Shown: positions 26,650 through 36,744, counted from the first letter of the stretch. The stretch is 64,000 nt of DNA from Hyphomicrobium sp. (GCA_025351425.1 JANXVY010000031.1:9202-73201); one strand, 5' to 3'. Numbers and translations: made by a program. Notes: a model not told the origin generated them from the sequence alone.

Positions 26650-29130
26650 TCACGTTCCCCTTGGCTTGGCGCGCGCGGTGGGCGCGGTATTCGCGGGATC
26701 GTCGGGCCAGACGTGACGGGGATAGCGGCCTTTCATGTCTGTCTTGACGCTGCTCCAGGAGCCCGCCCAGAAGCCCGGCAGGTCTCGCGTGATCTGGATC
26801 GGCCGGTGCGCAGGCGAAAGCAAATGCAGGGTGAGCGGCCGCCTGCCGCCGGCAATTGTGGGATGCACCTTCAGCCCGAACAGCTCCTGCACGCGAATGT
26901 CTATGGATGGGGCCTGCGGCCCCTCGTAGTTGATCGCGACTCGGTTGCCGGTGGGCGCCTCGAAGTGCATCGGCGCTTCGCGCTCAAGGCGCTGCTTCAG
27001 CTCCCACGGCACCAGCGCATCGAGCGCTGAGCCAAGGTCGTCCGCTCCGATGTCGGAGAGCCGGGTCTTGCTCGACAGATACGGCACGAGCCAGTCACTA
27101 GCGCTCGCCCCCAGAGCGGCATCCGAGAGATCGGGAAGGCCGTCCATCCCGGATGCTGCAAGAAACGCGACGCGCTCGCGCAGCTGGAACTGGGCCTTGG
27201 TCCATGGCAGCTTGTCGATGCCGATGAGCGCGATGCCAGCCGCAAGCGCACTCGCAACCTCGAGTCCAGGCGTGACGGCGCGCGGCTCGGAAGCGAGAAT
27301 GATGGCATCCAACCGCTTGACGCGGCGCGCGCGCACGGCTCCCGCAGCGGCATCGAACGTGACCTCCACGCCCTCCGTGATGCGGCGGCTGCACGCGGCG
27401 AGCAGTATCGCTTCGGTCACGGGCACCGCGCTCATGATGCGGGCGTTGGCGGCTTGACCGGTCAGCTCGGCGACGACGAGATAAGGGCTGGCGGCGATGG
27501 CCTCCTTGGGATCAGCCAGCGCACCCCGCCCGTTGGCGAGCAGGAATTGCCCTCGCTCGCCACGCGCCTTGCCGATGCGGTCGGGAAACGCGAGCAGCAG
27601 CAGCTCCGCGGTTGACACTCTATCGTGAGGCACGCCCCCCTGGCGAGCGGACGCCGTGCCGGCACGGGCCGCCCAGCCGGCCGCCAGGCGCCGCATGTCC
27701 TCCGCCCGCCGCCCGCGATCGCGCCGGAACCCGGCGAGCCGCGCCGAGAGATCGACATCGGTGCCGCCAAGTCCGCGCTCGACGAGCAGGCTCGCGAGTT
27801 CGGCCGCATCATGCGCAGCCCCCCGCTCGCCGGCCGACAGTACCATGGCGGCCAGCCTCGGCGGCAGCGGCAGCGCGCGCAGCCTCATGCCAAGCGGCGT
27901 GATGCGCCCCGCGGCGTCCAGCGCCGAGAGCGTTACGAGTTCGGACGTGGCGGCCGACAGCGCGGCTGACCCCGGCGGATCGAGCCACGACAGCGAGAGA
28001 GGATCGACCGCCCCCCATTCCGCGCAATCGAGCACGAGGCCGGACAGGCTCGCGGCTTTGATCTCGGGCTCGTTGTAGGGTAGCAGCGCGAGATCCTGCG
28101 GCGCATCCCACAGCCGATAGCAGACGCCGGGCTGGGTGCGGCCCGCGCGTCCCCGCCGCTGATCGGCGGACGCTTTGGAGACGCGCACCGTGTCGAGCCG
28201 GGTGACGCCCACATCGGGCTCATAGCGGGGCACGCGGGCAAGCCCGGAATCGATGACGACGCGTACGCCCTCGATGGTGATCGAGGTTTCGGCAATCGAG
28301 GTCGCAAGCACGACCTTGCGAGTTCCAGGCTCGGGCGGGCTGACGGCAAGATCCTGGGCGCCAGCGTCCATCGTGCCATAGAGCGGCGCGAGGATGATGC
28401 TGTCGTCGCGCATTGTTTCCCGGAGCCGTTCCTCGACGCGGCGGATTTCAGCCTGCCCCGGCAAGAACGCGAGCACCGATCCCGTCTCGGAAGTAAGCGC
28501 GCGGCGGATCGCGGCCGCCATCTGGTCTTCGAGCCGCGCTTGAACGTCACGCCCCAGATAGCGCGTCTCGACGGGGTAGGCGCGGCCGAGGGACGAGATG
28601 ACCGGCGCATCGTCGAGCAGCCGGGCGACGCGCGCGCCATCCAACGTCGCCGACATGACGAGAATGCGCAGATCGGGCCGGTAGCCGCGCTGGCAATCGA
28701 GCGCGAGCGCAAGGCCGAGATCGGCGTCCAGCGAGCGCTCGTGGAACTCGTCGAACAGCACCGCGCCAACACCCTCGAGCGCCGGATCGTCCAGGATCAT
28801 CCGCGTGAATACGCCCTCAGTGATGACCTCGATGCGGGTACGCTTGGATACGTTGGTGCCAAGCCGGGCACGGATGCCAACCGTCTCGCCGGTGCGCTCG
28901 CCGAGAGTCTTGGCCATGCGGTCCGCCGCACCACGCGCTGCGAGGCGGCGGGGCTCCAGCACGAGAATTTTTCGACCCTCCACCCACGGCGCGTCCAGCA
29001 GCGCGAGCGGCACCCGCGTGGTCTTGCCAGCGCCAGGCGGCGCAACCAATACGGCGCACGCACGAACGGTGAGCGTTGCCAGCAGTTCTGGCAGCGCTTC
29101 TTCGATCGGCAACCGCTCGTCCATCCTCAT
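26650..29130 (-). CDS. hrpB: ATP-dependent RNA helicase HrpB
   Basis: VLVAPPGAGKTTRVPL, LFDEFHERSLDADL and TSIAETSITIEGV DEAH-box motifs, with a long HrpB-type C-terminal region. Trimmed to the Met at 29130. Confidence 0.9.
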   Translation of the reverse strand: MRMDERLPIEEALPELLATLTVRACAVLVAPPGAGKTTRVPLALLDAPWVEGRKILVLEPRRLAARGAADRMAKTLGERTGETVGIRARLGTNVSKRTRIEVITEGVFTRMILDDPALEGVGAVLFDEFHERSLDADLGLALALDCQRGYRPDLRILVMSATLDGARVARLLDDAPVISSLGRAYPVETRYLGRDVQARLEDQMAAAIRRALTSETGSVLAFLPGQAEIRRVEERLRETMRDDSIILAPLYGTMDAGAQDLAVSPPEPGTRKVVLATSIAETSITIEGVRVVIDSGLARVPRYEPDVGVTRLDTVRVSKASADQRRGRAGRTQPGVCYRLWDAPQDLALLPYNEPEIKAASLSGLVLDCAEWGAVDPLSLSWLDPPGSAALSAATSELVTLSALDAAGRITPLGMRLRALPLPPRLAAMVLSAGERGAAHDAAELASLLVERGLGGTDVDLSARLAGFRRDRGRRAEDMRRLAAGWAARAGTASARQGGVPHDRVSTAELLLLAFPDRIGKARGERGQFLLANGRGALADPKEAIAASPYLVVAELTGQAANARIMSAVPVTEAILLAACSRRITEGVEVTFDAAAGAVRARRVKRLDAIILASEPRAVTPGLEVASALAAGIALIGIDKLPWTKAQFQLRERVAFLAASGMDGLPDLSDAALGASASDWLVPYLSSKTRLSDIGADDLGSALDALVPWELKQRLEREAPMHFEAPTGNRVAINYEGPQAPSIDIRVQELFGLKVHPTIAGGRRPLTLHLLSPAHRPIQITRDLPGFWAGSWSSVKTDMKGRYPRHVWPDDPANTAPTARAKPRGT

Positions 29131-29192
29131 ACGGTGTGCCTCATCCGGGATGTATGGAACGAAGGGAGCGGCACAGGCAAGAGCGCGGCCCC

Positions 29193-30281
29193 CTACTCGG
29201 TCCGCTTGGCAGCGCTCGCCAGCAGATCCTGGACCTGCTGCTTCCAAAGCTTGGCGGCGAGCACGGTGCCATGGCCGCTGGTTTCTTCGCTGCCGGGAAT
29301 GAGAAACAGCCGCGCGCCTTCGATGCGCTTCAACTCGCGGTCCATGACGCCGGTCTCGGGCGGGTTACGCTCATCGTCGGCCGAATTGATCGCCAGCACC
29401 TTCGCGCGGATGGCATCCAACTTGGCCCCCGGATTGTAGTCGCGCGAGGCCTCGTATTGGAACAGCAGGTCGTTCGCATCGGTCGGGAACGCCGCCGCCA
29501 GCCTGGCATCGAGGATCTTGTCGGCCGCCTCGCGCGTCGGCGCTGCGTTCTGGAACGCCCGCGAACCGCCGTTTGTTGCGACGAGATAGAACGCGGTGGC
29601 GGCCCGCACCCGCTGTGGCTGCGTAGTGTAGTTGCCGTTGTTCCAATCGGGATCGTTGCGGATGGAGTCGATGACCAGCCGCCGCATCATCCAGTTCCGG
29701 CTCGACATTTCGGCCGGCTGCGAAGCCATCGGCGCGAGCACATCCATGAAGTTGGGATAGCTGCCGCCCCAGATCCAGGCGTTCATACCGCCCATCGAGA
29801 AGCCGAGCACGAGCCGCACATGTTTGATGCCGAGCCCTTCGGTCACCAGCCGGTATTGGGCGCTGACCATGTCGTCGTAGTTGTAGGAGGGGAACTTGGC
29901 GCGCAGGCCGTCCGACGGCTTCGACGATTTGCCGTGGCCAATCGAGTCCGGCAGAATGATGAAATATTTGCTCGCATCCAGCGGCTGGCCAGGGCCGAAC
30001 AGTTCGCCGCCAAAGCCGGGCGTGAGCAAGCCGGGACCGGAGCCGTTCGTGCCGTGCAGCACCAGGACCGGCTCGCCAGTCGGCGCACCAAGCGTCGTGT
30101 AGTGCAGGCGCAGCTCCGGCAGCACGTCGCCGGTGTGAAAGCGGAAATCCTTGGCGACGAAGTCGCCCTCTTGAGGTGCAGGCCCATCCGCCGCCCGTGC
30201 CGAGGGTCCAACGAGTGAGCAAGCCAGGACGGCGATTGTGCAGGCGATGACGGCGCAGGCAGGAGCAAAGATTCGTTTCAT
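29193..30281 (-). CDS. secreted alpha/beta-hydrolase (homoserine O-acetyltransferase-like fold)
   Basis: Signal peptide MKRIFAPACAVIACTIAVLA and the nucleophile elbow GFSMGG. Trimmed to the Met at 30281. Confidence 0.8.
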   Translation of the reverse strand: MKRIFAPACAVIACTIAVLACSLVGPSARAADGPAPQEGDFVAKDFRFHTGDVLPELRLHYTTLGAPTGEPVLVLHGTNGSGPGLLTPGFGGELFGPGQPLDASKYFIILPDSIGHGKSSKPSDGLRAKFPSYNYDDMVSAQYRLVTEGLGIKHVRLVLGFSMGGMNAWIWGGSYPNFMDVLAPMASQPAEMSSRNWMMRRLVIDSIRNDPDWNNGNYTTQPQRVRAATAFYLVATNGGSRAFQNAAPTREAADKILDARLAAAFPTDANDLLFQYEASRDYNPGAKLDAIRAKVLAINSADDERNPPETGVMDRELKRIEGARLFLIPGSEETSGHGTVLAAKLWKQQVQDLLASAAKRTE

Positions 30282-30404
30282 GATGCGCGACCTCGGGACA
30301 GAATGGACCGCAACATATCGGTCTGCCTTCGACGTACGATGAATCAATACGCAGCGAAAGAGGGCTGCAACGCGCGGCCCGAGCGACTGGCGATCGGCCC
30401 TTGA

Positions 30405-31973
30405 TCAAGCAGCCAGGCGCGCGGCGTCGATCCACTTGACGATCCGGCTTGCATCCGGAGGCGCGTTGTTGCGGAGGATGTGTTGACCAGGGCCCGAAGC
30501 CGCGTAGCGCAGCACGCACGCGCACAGCGCGCCCGGGTCGGCGCTCGCGACGTCGTGGGCGGTCAGATAGCCAGCACCCGTCAAAAGTCGCGCCTGCGTT
30601 CCAGAGAGGCCTGGAACATCGAGCACAAGGCGCGCTTGCTGCTGCCAGACCTTGAGCGTATCGGCGTCCATCCCGGCATGATGCAGCGCCCGCGCGGTGC
30701 GCTCGGGATCGCAGGCCAGAAAGTCGCGCACGGTTTTGATCCCCAACCCGGCAAATCGCTCCGCCGTCTTCGCGCCGATCGATGGCGCAGCTTCCAGATC
30801 GTCGGACAAGCTGAGTTTCGCCGTCACAGGAACCGGCACCAACCCTGCTGCATCGCGCTTTGGAGCCACGGCCTCTGGCTCGGCGTCCGCAAAGTGCGCA
30901 GGAGTGGCCAGAGGAAGTGCGGCAGGTTCCCCAGGAAGGCGGGCAGGAACAGCCTCGCGCAGGGACTTGGCTGGGGCGGAATGCTCGGATGGCGAAGCAG
31001 ACTTCAGCCACGGCGCCACAGTGGCGGGCGTGAAGATCGCAGCCTTTGCAGAGGCACCGAGCACCTCGACTGCGTGCACCTCTTTGACCATCCGGTCGTC
31101 GGCGGGCAGATTTTTCTCGACCACCCCCGTCGCCATCAACTCGTCGTACATGGCCTCCACCACGCGCCGGTCCGCGGCGTCCGCAAGCCGCTTCAGCACC
31201 ATGGCTTTGGGGATGCTCAACGCCCCGATGATCGCCGGCAGCACGAGGCTGACCTGCGGAGCCGCAACCGCAGCCTCGGCAATCGCCTGGTCAATGACCC
31301 GCGCGACGGTCGCGGCCGCAAGCACGAGCAAGTCGCCCGCGATCCGCCGCCCCACAGGGTCAAGTCCCGCTGGCGGATCGACCACGCCGCGCGTAATGTC
31401 GTAGTGCGCGATGAGCCGCTCGTAGTCCTGGTTCGACCGGCTGGCCGATGCCCGCACCAGCTCCGCGAGCCACGCCGCGCCCGGCGCGATTTCAACCACC
31501 GGCTGCGGCGTGCGCACGAGACCTTCGCGGCGCAGGTCGTCATAGGCGCGGTTGATGCTCCACTCGGCAGCGCGGTGGATATTGTTTTCGGCTTCCGATT
31601 GCGCAGTGTGGAACGGCATCAGCGGATCGGTCACGTAGTGGCTGAGCACACCGGCCGAATAGACCGCAGTGTCCCAGTCCTGGACCGACAGCGCAGCAAC
31701 CGTCTTGGCGTACCACACAGTGGCGGCGGCCGGCGCGCCTCCCCAGAAAGAATCGCGCGGGTGCAGTACGTGGTTGGTGAAATCCTTGAACGTGTCGTCG
31801 GGCGCCTTCGCGCCTTCGACGAACCGCGCCGCATGTGCGAGAAAAACGCTCTGCCAGGCGTCGGCGTTTGCAACCGTCATCTGCCCGAGCGCATCCAGCG
31901 CCAGCTTGTGATGGGTGCCCTTGCCGAAGGCGGCGTAGAGAATGCGAAAAGCAAGCGTCATTGCGGGCCTCAT
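30405..31973 (-). CDS. zinc phospholipase C-like N-terminal domain + DUF4332 (HhH) C-terminal domain protein
   Basis: The N-terminus has GKGTHHKLALDAL...HYVTDPLMPFH...NIHRAAEW. The C-terminus has SIGAKTAERFAGLGIKTVRDFL...VPGLSGTQARLLTGAGYLT, two HhH-like repeats. Its ATG overlaps the stop of the upstream ORF (ATGA). Confidence 0.65.
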   Translation of the reverse strand: MRPAMTLAFRILYAAFGKGTHHKLALDALGQMTVANADAWQSVFLAHAARFVEGAKAPDDTFKDFTNHVLHPRDSFWGGAPAAATVWYAKTVAALSVQDWDTAVYSAGVLSHYVTDPLMPFHTAQSEAENNIHRAAEWSINRAYDDLRREGLVRTPQPVVEIAPGAAWLAELVRASASRSNQDYERLIAHYDITRGVVDPPAGLDPVGRRIAGDLLVLAAATVARVIDQAIAEAAVAAPQVSLVLPAIIGALSIPKAMVLKRLADAADRRVVEAMYDELMATGVVEKNLPADDRMVKEVHAVEVLGASAKAAIFTPATVAPWLKSASPSEHSAPAKSLREAVPARLPGEPAALPLATPAHFADAEPEAVAPKRDAAGLVPVPVTAKLSLSDDLEAAPSIGAKTAERFAGLGIKTVRDFLACDPERTARALHHAGMDADTLKVWQQQARLVLDVPGLSGTQARLLTGAGYLTAHDVASADPGALCACVLRYAASGPGQHILRNNAPPDASRIVKWIDAARLAA

Positions 31974-32284
31974 GGCTGATCAAGCGACAGCGCTAGCAAA
32001 CACCGAGTCGCCCCACCCGCAAACGCGCTCGCCACTGCAAAACCACAGGAATTTTCAAGACGGTAACAGTAGCCGGGCCCGGCCCTAGTGCGCGCACGAG
32101 GCGGGCAGTTGAAGTCCTGCAGATCGACAACCAGAACGCTTTTGCCCGAGACCAGCGACGACAAGGTTTCGCGCGACTTGGAGCGCGCGGGATCGCCCTT
32201 GAGGCTGAACGACTCGCCGTCGCGGTAGACGTGGTTTTCGATAACCTGCAGATGCGCCCTGCCGCATCGGGGAGGTGAAAGCAT
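31970..32284 (-). CDS. small hypothetical protein (104 aa)
   Basis: Internal Met of track ORF 31970..32377. GC3-rich codons cover HLQVIENHVYRDGESFSLKGDPARSKSRETLSSLVSGKSVLVVDLQDF. An ATGA overlap with the downstream gene suggests translational coupling. I recognise no family. Confidence 0.45.
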   Translation of the reverse strand: MLSPPRCGRAHLQVIENHVYRDGESFSLKGDPARSKSRETLSSLVSGKSVLVVDLQDFNCPPRARTRAGPGYCYRLENSCGFAVASAFAGGATRCLLALSLDQP

Positions 32285-32380
32285 AGATCGTCCGCACAAT
32301 CCATATCGCAAGAAAAGCTGCCTTGCGGTTGAGCGCAAGGCAGCGTGTGACGCTCGGTTGGATCTTGGAGTCGGCAAGCG

Positions 32381-34222
32381 TTACCCCCTCATCCGGCTCC
32401 GGATGATACGGGGAAATTCGTCCGCGGGGCCGGGCTGCCCCTGGGCGTCGGTTGCTGCGGCCGGCGTATCCATCGACCACCAGCGGTCGGCGGGTGCGGG
32501 GGCGGCAGGCGCCTGCGGGGCCATGCGGGCCTGAGGCGCCTGTTGGGGCTGATGCGCCAGCGCGGGCTGCGGCTGGGAAGCGGGCGCTGCACCGGCAAAC
32601 CAATGCTCGATGAGATCAAGTTCGTCGACGCCGAGGGTCAGCCCGTGGCTGCGGCAGCGGGCGACAACGAAGTTTCGGAACCGGCTGGCGAACAGGTTTG
32701 CGGATGCGCCCTGTTCGAACCACGGATCGGTCTCGCTGACGACCTCGAGCACGAAGCGCACGTCGTCGCCGCGCACATCGACGCCCAGCGCCTTGGCGGC
32801 GGCCGCGATGTTGTCGAGCGTGGGCGCGCCGGTGAGGCCGCGCGTGCTGATTTCCTGCGCCATGACGTCGAACAGCGTTCGATATTCCGGCGGTGACAGC
32901 GGAGGAGCCTGGCAGGCGTCATAGATGCGCGCGACGGCCTGCTGGATTGCGATTGCCGACGGACCGGCGGGACGAGCGGCGGCATTAGGAGCAGCAACCG
33001 GCTGCGGCACGGGCTTGGGAGCCTCGTGCGCGATATTGGCCTGGGGCGCCGGCGCGGGCTGCAGAGGAGGCGCAGCGGGCGCACGCTGTACGGGCGGCAA
33101 CGACGCCGTGAGCGGCACCGGGTCATGCGCAGGGGCACCGGCCGCCTGACCGCGCTGCGCGAGGGGAGCTAACCGCTCAAGCCGATGCAAAGCAGGCTGG
33201 GGCTGGGGCTGGGGAGCCTGGGCGTGAATCTGCGGCAGCGTTTCGAGACGCTGCGGAGCCGGCGCTTGACGTTCCGGCCGGGCGGCGGGCGGCAACGCGC
33301 GAGCCATCTCGAACACGACGAACGGCGGCTGCTCGCTGATGCGCAGGTCTTCGGGCAGATAGGCGGCGAGCAGTTCGCGGAAACCACCTGCCCCACCCCA
33401 ACCGGTGCCAGCGGTCTTGTCGTGCCCCATCTGGCGCAGCGTGCGGTCGGCGAGCGCTTCGAGCGGCACCGGCTGCCCGGCGGAACGCACCAGAGTTGCC
33501 ACTTCGGCGACGATCTCGCGACGCAGTGCACTGAGATCGGCCTGCGGACGGGCTGGTTGAGCAAGTGCTGGCTGAGCCTGCGCGATCTGGGCCGGAGCGG
33601 ACTGCACTTCAATGGCAGGCTCGCTCGCGCCGGTCTTGCCGTCGAGCAGCAGCTGCAGCAGCGTCGACTCGCGCACTTCCCCGTCGCTGATCGCGGTGTA
33701 GGGCGAGGCGGTGTGATCGTTCGTGTAGATGATCGTGCGCCGCGCGTGCGCCCGCAACCGGTGCAGCAGGGGCGTAAAATCGGCGTCGCCCGACAGGATG
33801 ACGAACTCGTCGAAATAGGTGTCGTGCGCAATCATGTCCCGCACGTCCATGACGATGCGGATGTCGGCAGAGTTTTTGAGCTGGGCAGTGAGCGGGGGGC
33901 AATCAATCACTTCGCTGCCCGAGCGCAGGAAGTGGTGGCGCACGAACGGGAACGAGTTCATGTCGGTCGAATTGTCGTTGCTGTTGCGGCGCGGCACGGG
34001 ATTGCCGTAGCACCGGTTCATGACGATGCGGCGGGGCGCGGCCTGGAGGACGCCGCTGGTCATGGTGATGAGGCGGCCGTTTTCGAGCTCCTTGAGCCAG
34101 AGGCCAGCATCTTTGGAGAAGCGCTTCGCGGCGTCTTCATTCTTGCGCTTCAGCGACAGATAGATGTTGTCGTAATCGACAAAAATCGCGCTCAACGCTG
34201 GCCCGGTCGCGTCCCGCTTCAT
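32381..34222 (-). CDS. NYN (LabA/DUF88-type PIN-like) domain protein with a long Pro/Ala/Gln-rich C-terminal region
   Basis: N-terminus: AIFVDYDNIYLSL...ADIRIVMDVRDM...FVILSGDADFTPLLHRLR. A central segment resembles an OST-HTH/LOTUS fold (tentative). There are extensive APQ low-complexity tracts. Confidence 0.8.
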   Translation of the reverse strand: MKRDATGPALSAIFVDYDNIYLSLKRKNEDAAKRFSKDAGLWLKELENGRLITMTSGVLQAAPRRIVMNRCYGNPVPRRNSNDNSTDMNSFPFVRHHFLRSGSEVIDCPPLTAQLKNSADIRIVMDVRDMIAHDTYFDEFVILSGDADFTPLLHRLRAHARRTIIYTNDHTASPYTAISDGEVRESTLLQLLLDGKTGASEPAIEVQSAPAQIAQAQPALAQPARPQADLSALRREIVAEVATLVRSAGQPVPLEALADRTLRQMGHDKTAGTGWGGAGGFRELLAAYLPEDLRISEQPPFVVFEMARALPPAARPERQAPAPQRLETLPQIHAQAPQPQPQPALHRLERLAPLAQRGQAAGAPAHDPVPLTASLPPVQRAPAAPPLQPAPAPQANIAHEAPKPVPQPVAAPNAAARPAGPSAIAIQQAVARIYDACQAPPLSPPEYRTLFDVMAQEISTRGLTGAPTLDNIAAAAKALGVDVRGDDVRFVLEVVSETDPWFEQGASANLFASRFRNFVVARCRSHGLTLGVDELDLIEHWFAGAAPASQPQPALAHQPQQAPQARMAPQAPAAPAPADRWWSMDTPAAATDAQGQPGPADEFPRIIRSRMRG

Positions 34223-34414
34223 CCGCTAATCCCCACTTGATCGATACATTTGATTCGTGGGCCCACTCTTTCCGAGTCGGTTTGGGGCGGCAAGCGGGCG
34301 GCGGTCACGCCCCTGTAAAATTCGGCAACGAGCTGTGTATATCAACGTGTTGCGGTGACTGAGCACCTGCAAACACCGGTGGAGAACCGGCATGCGGCGG
34401 AATCGACAGGCCGC

Positions 34415-34864
34415 TCAAGAGTGAATTGGGGCGAAATCCGCGCCCGCGATTTCGAATCCCTCAAACGTGAAGCCCGGCGCGACGGTGCAGCCAACGAGCG
34501 TCCAGCAGCCTGAGGAAACGGCCTGTTGCCAGTGCATATACGGCACGACCGCCTGCGGCCGCTCTCCGCACAGGAGGCCGGACCCAAGCGTAAAGGAATT
34601 GTAGCTCGCGGCGTCGGACGCGATCCGCAGATCGAGCGCCGCGCCGGCATACCAGTGCCAGGCCTCGATCGCATCCACCCGGTGCCAGCGCGACACGACG
34701 CCTTCAGGCAGCAGGAAATAGATGCAGGTCGAAGCCGCTCGTCCGTTGATCGAATGGGGATCGCGGAACGTCTCGCGGTAGAACCCACCCTCGGGATGCG
34801 GCGCAAGCTCGAGCACGGCGATCACATCGGCGGCCGAAAGTCCAGCCATGGCGGCGGCGCTCAT
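34415..34864 (-). CDS. cupin (DUF985) family protein
   Basis: LELAPHPEGGFYRETFRD...IYFLL..G.VSRWHRV.A.E.WHWYAG. Its ATG overlaps the gloB stop (ATGA at 34861-34864). Confidence 0.8.
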   Translation of the reverse strand: MSAAAMAGLSAADVIAVLELAPHPEGGFYRETFRDPHSINGRAASTCIYFLLPEGVVSRWHRVDAIEAWHWYAGAALDLRIASDAASYNSFTLGSGLLCGERPQAVVPYMHWQQAVSSGCWTLVGCTVAPGFTFEGFEIAGADFAPIHS

Positions 34865-35619
34865 GCCCGGTTCTTGCGTTCGCGCACTTCGCCGAACACT
34901 TTCCAGGCCGGGCAGCCTTCCATGCCGAGCGCATGGCGGATGGGCGCATTCGCAGCACGCAGGAAGGGATTGGTGGCCAGTTCGTCGGCCAATCGCGACG
35001 GCACCAGCGGATCGCCGTTGGATGCCGCCCGCGCACGCACCTGCAGTTCCGTATTGCCGGGCTCGACGGTTAACGCGAAGCGGGCGTTCGACGCCGTATA
35101 GTTGTGGCCGCAGTAGACCATCGTCTCGGGCGGGAGGCCGGCAAGCTTGCTGAGCGACGCCCACATCATCGGATGATCGCCCTCGATGATCCGCCCGCAC
35201 CCCATGGTGAACAGCGTATCGCCGACGAATGCGAGCCCCTGTTGGGCGTCATGATAGGCAATATGGCCAAGCGTATGCCCCGGCGTGTCAAGCACCGCGA
35301 ACGTATGCGTACCGACTGTGACGCTGTCGCCTTCGCGCACGGTTGCGTCGAGCCCCGCGATCTTGTGGGATTCAGCCGCCGGCCCGATAACCCGGCAGCC
35401 CGTCGCCCGCTTGAGGTCGGCGATGCCCACCACATGGTCGCCGTGGTGATGGGTGACGAGAATATGCGTGAGCCGCCAGCCCTTGGCGGCAAGCTCGCGC
35501 GCAATCAGTGCACCATCAGGCGCATCGATGCTGGCCGTCGCGCCGGTATCGGCGTCATGCAGCAGGTAGCAGTAATTATCCTGACCGGCGATGAACTGGT
35601 GGATGTGCAGCTGGGACAT
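34861..35619 (-). CDS. gloB: hydroxyacylglutathione hydrolase (glyoxalase II)
   Basis: DNYCYLLHD...LVTHHHGDHVVG...TPGHTLGHIAY...CGHNYT. Trimmed to MSQLHIHQF at 35619. Confidence 0.9.
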   Translation of the reverse strand: MSQLHIHQFIAGQDNYCYLLHDADTGATASIDAPDGALIARELAAKGWRLTHILVTHHHGDHVVGIADLKRATGCRVIGPAAESHKIAGLDATVREGDSVTVGTHTFAVLDTPGHTLGHIAYHDAQQGLAFVGDTLFTMGCGRIIEGDHPMMWASLSKLAGLPPETMVYCGHNYTASNARFALTVEPGNTELQVRARAASNGDPLVPSRLADELATNPFLRAANAPIRHALGMEGCPAWKVFGEVRERKNRA

Positions 35620-35774
35620 GGAAAGCCTCGGATTGGATGACTGATCCTCAATAGCATTAACAGACGACAGGTGCATGTGGGGCGAGCAGGCATATGAGGG
35701 CCGCCCCGCTACCGATCCCTTGCCAGGGGGCTAGAGATACCCCAAGTTCGCCCTCAAACAGGCGAAGGACCGCA

Positions 35775-36650
35775 ATGCACACGGACGTGACCGATCTGCG
35801 CGACTTCTACCACACGCCGCTAGGCCTGGTGGCGCGTCGCCTGCTGTCGCAGAAGATCCGCGCGAAATGGCCCCGCCCGGTGCGCTTAACGCCCCGGGAA
35901 CTGGAGTTCGACAACCAGCCGGCAGATCCGGGCGCACCAACGCTCGTGAAGCCACGCTCGCAGCTCGCTGCCACCCCGCGCGGGCCCGTGATAATGGGCT
36001 TCGGTTTCACGACCCCGTTCTTAGGCTCGTTCCGCGGCGAAGCTTCGCGCATCAGCGCCCTGATGCCGGAGCGTCAGGGGGCGCTGATCTGGCCGATGGC
36101 CGAGCGCAACATGTCGGTGCTGGTCGAAGAGCAGCACCTGCCGTTGCCTGACAATTGCGTCGACCGGATGCTGATCGTGCATGGCCTCGAGGTTGCGGAG
36201 CGCCCGGCAGCCCTGTTGCGCGAAATCTGGCGCGTGCTGACGCCGGCAGGACGGCTGCTGATCGTAGTGCCGAACCGTTCGGGCGTCTGGGCGCGCACCG
36301 ACCGCACGCCGTTCGGGCAAGGGCGGCCCTATTCGCGTGGCCAGCTCGACGCCCAGCTGCGCGAGGCGATGTTCACGCCCACCGAATGGGATTGCGCGCT
36401 GTATCTGCCGCCGATCGACCGGGGCCTGATCGTGCGGTCGGCCAACACGATCGAACGTATTGGCACCTCGGTTTCGCGCCGCTTCGCAGGCGTGATCGTC
36501 GTCGAAGCGACCAAGGAATTGATCGCCCCCGTCGGCACCAAGGCCCCCGCCCACCCGCTGCGCAACCTGGTGCCGGTGCAGATCGGCGTGCTCGCCCCGG
36601 GCGGCGCACGTAGAATGCGTCAAGAAAAGCGTGAAGCGGTTTTCGCATAA
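35775..36650 (+). CDS. class I SAM-dependent methyltransferase
   Basis: DRMLIVHGLEVAERPAALLREIWRVLTPAGRLLIVVPNR, a Methyltransf_11-like core. The last ~9 codons and the stop codon lie inside repeat copy 3. Confidence 0.75.
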   Translation: MHTDVTDLRDFYHTPLGLVARRLLSQKIRAKWPRPVRLTPRELEFDNQPADPGAPTLVKPRSQLAATPRGPVIMGFGFTTPFLGSFRGEASRISALMPERQGALIWPMAERNMSVLVEEQHLPLPDNCVDRMLIVHGLEVAERPAALLREIWRVLTPAGRLLIVVPNRSGVWARTDRTPFGQGRPYSRGQLDAQLREAMFTPTEWDCALYLPPIDRGLIVRSANTIERIGTSVSRRFAGVIVVEATKELIAPVGTKAPAHPLRNLVPVQIGVLAPGGARRMRQEKREAVFA

Positions 36651-36713
36651 AAACGCGCGACAAAACAATAACCTAGAGCATGTGAGCGATTCAAAAAAAC
36701 GCGAACATGCTCT
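36624..36713 (+). repeat. bipartite intergenic element, copy 3 (compact form)
   Basis: GAAAAGCGTGAAGCGGTTTTCGCATAAAAACGCGCGACAAAACAATAACCTAG is followed by the hairpin AGAGCATGT-GAGCGATTCAAAAAAACGCGA-ACATGCTCT. It is near-identical to the two halves of copy 2. Confidence 0.85.
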
Positions 36714-36744
36714 TGGAGCGGCACCCGTAAGCGCCGCCGCCCGC

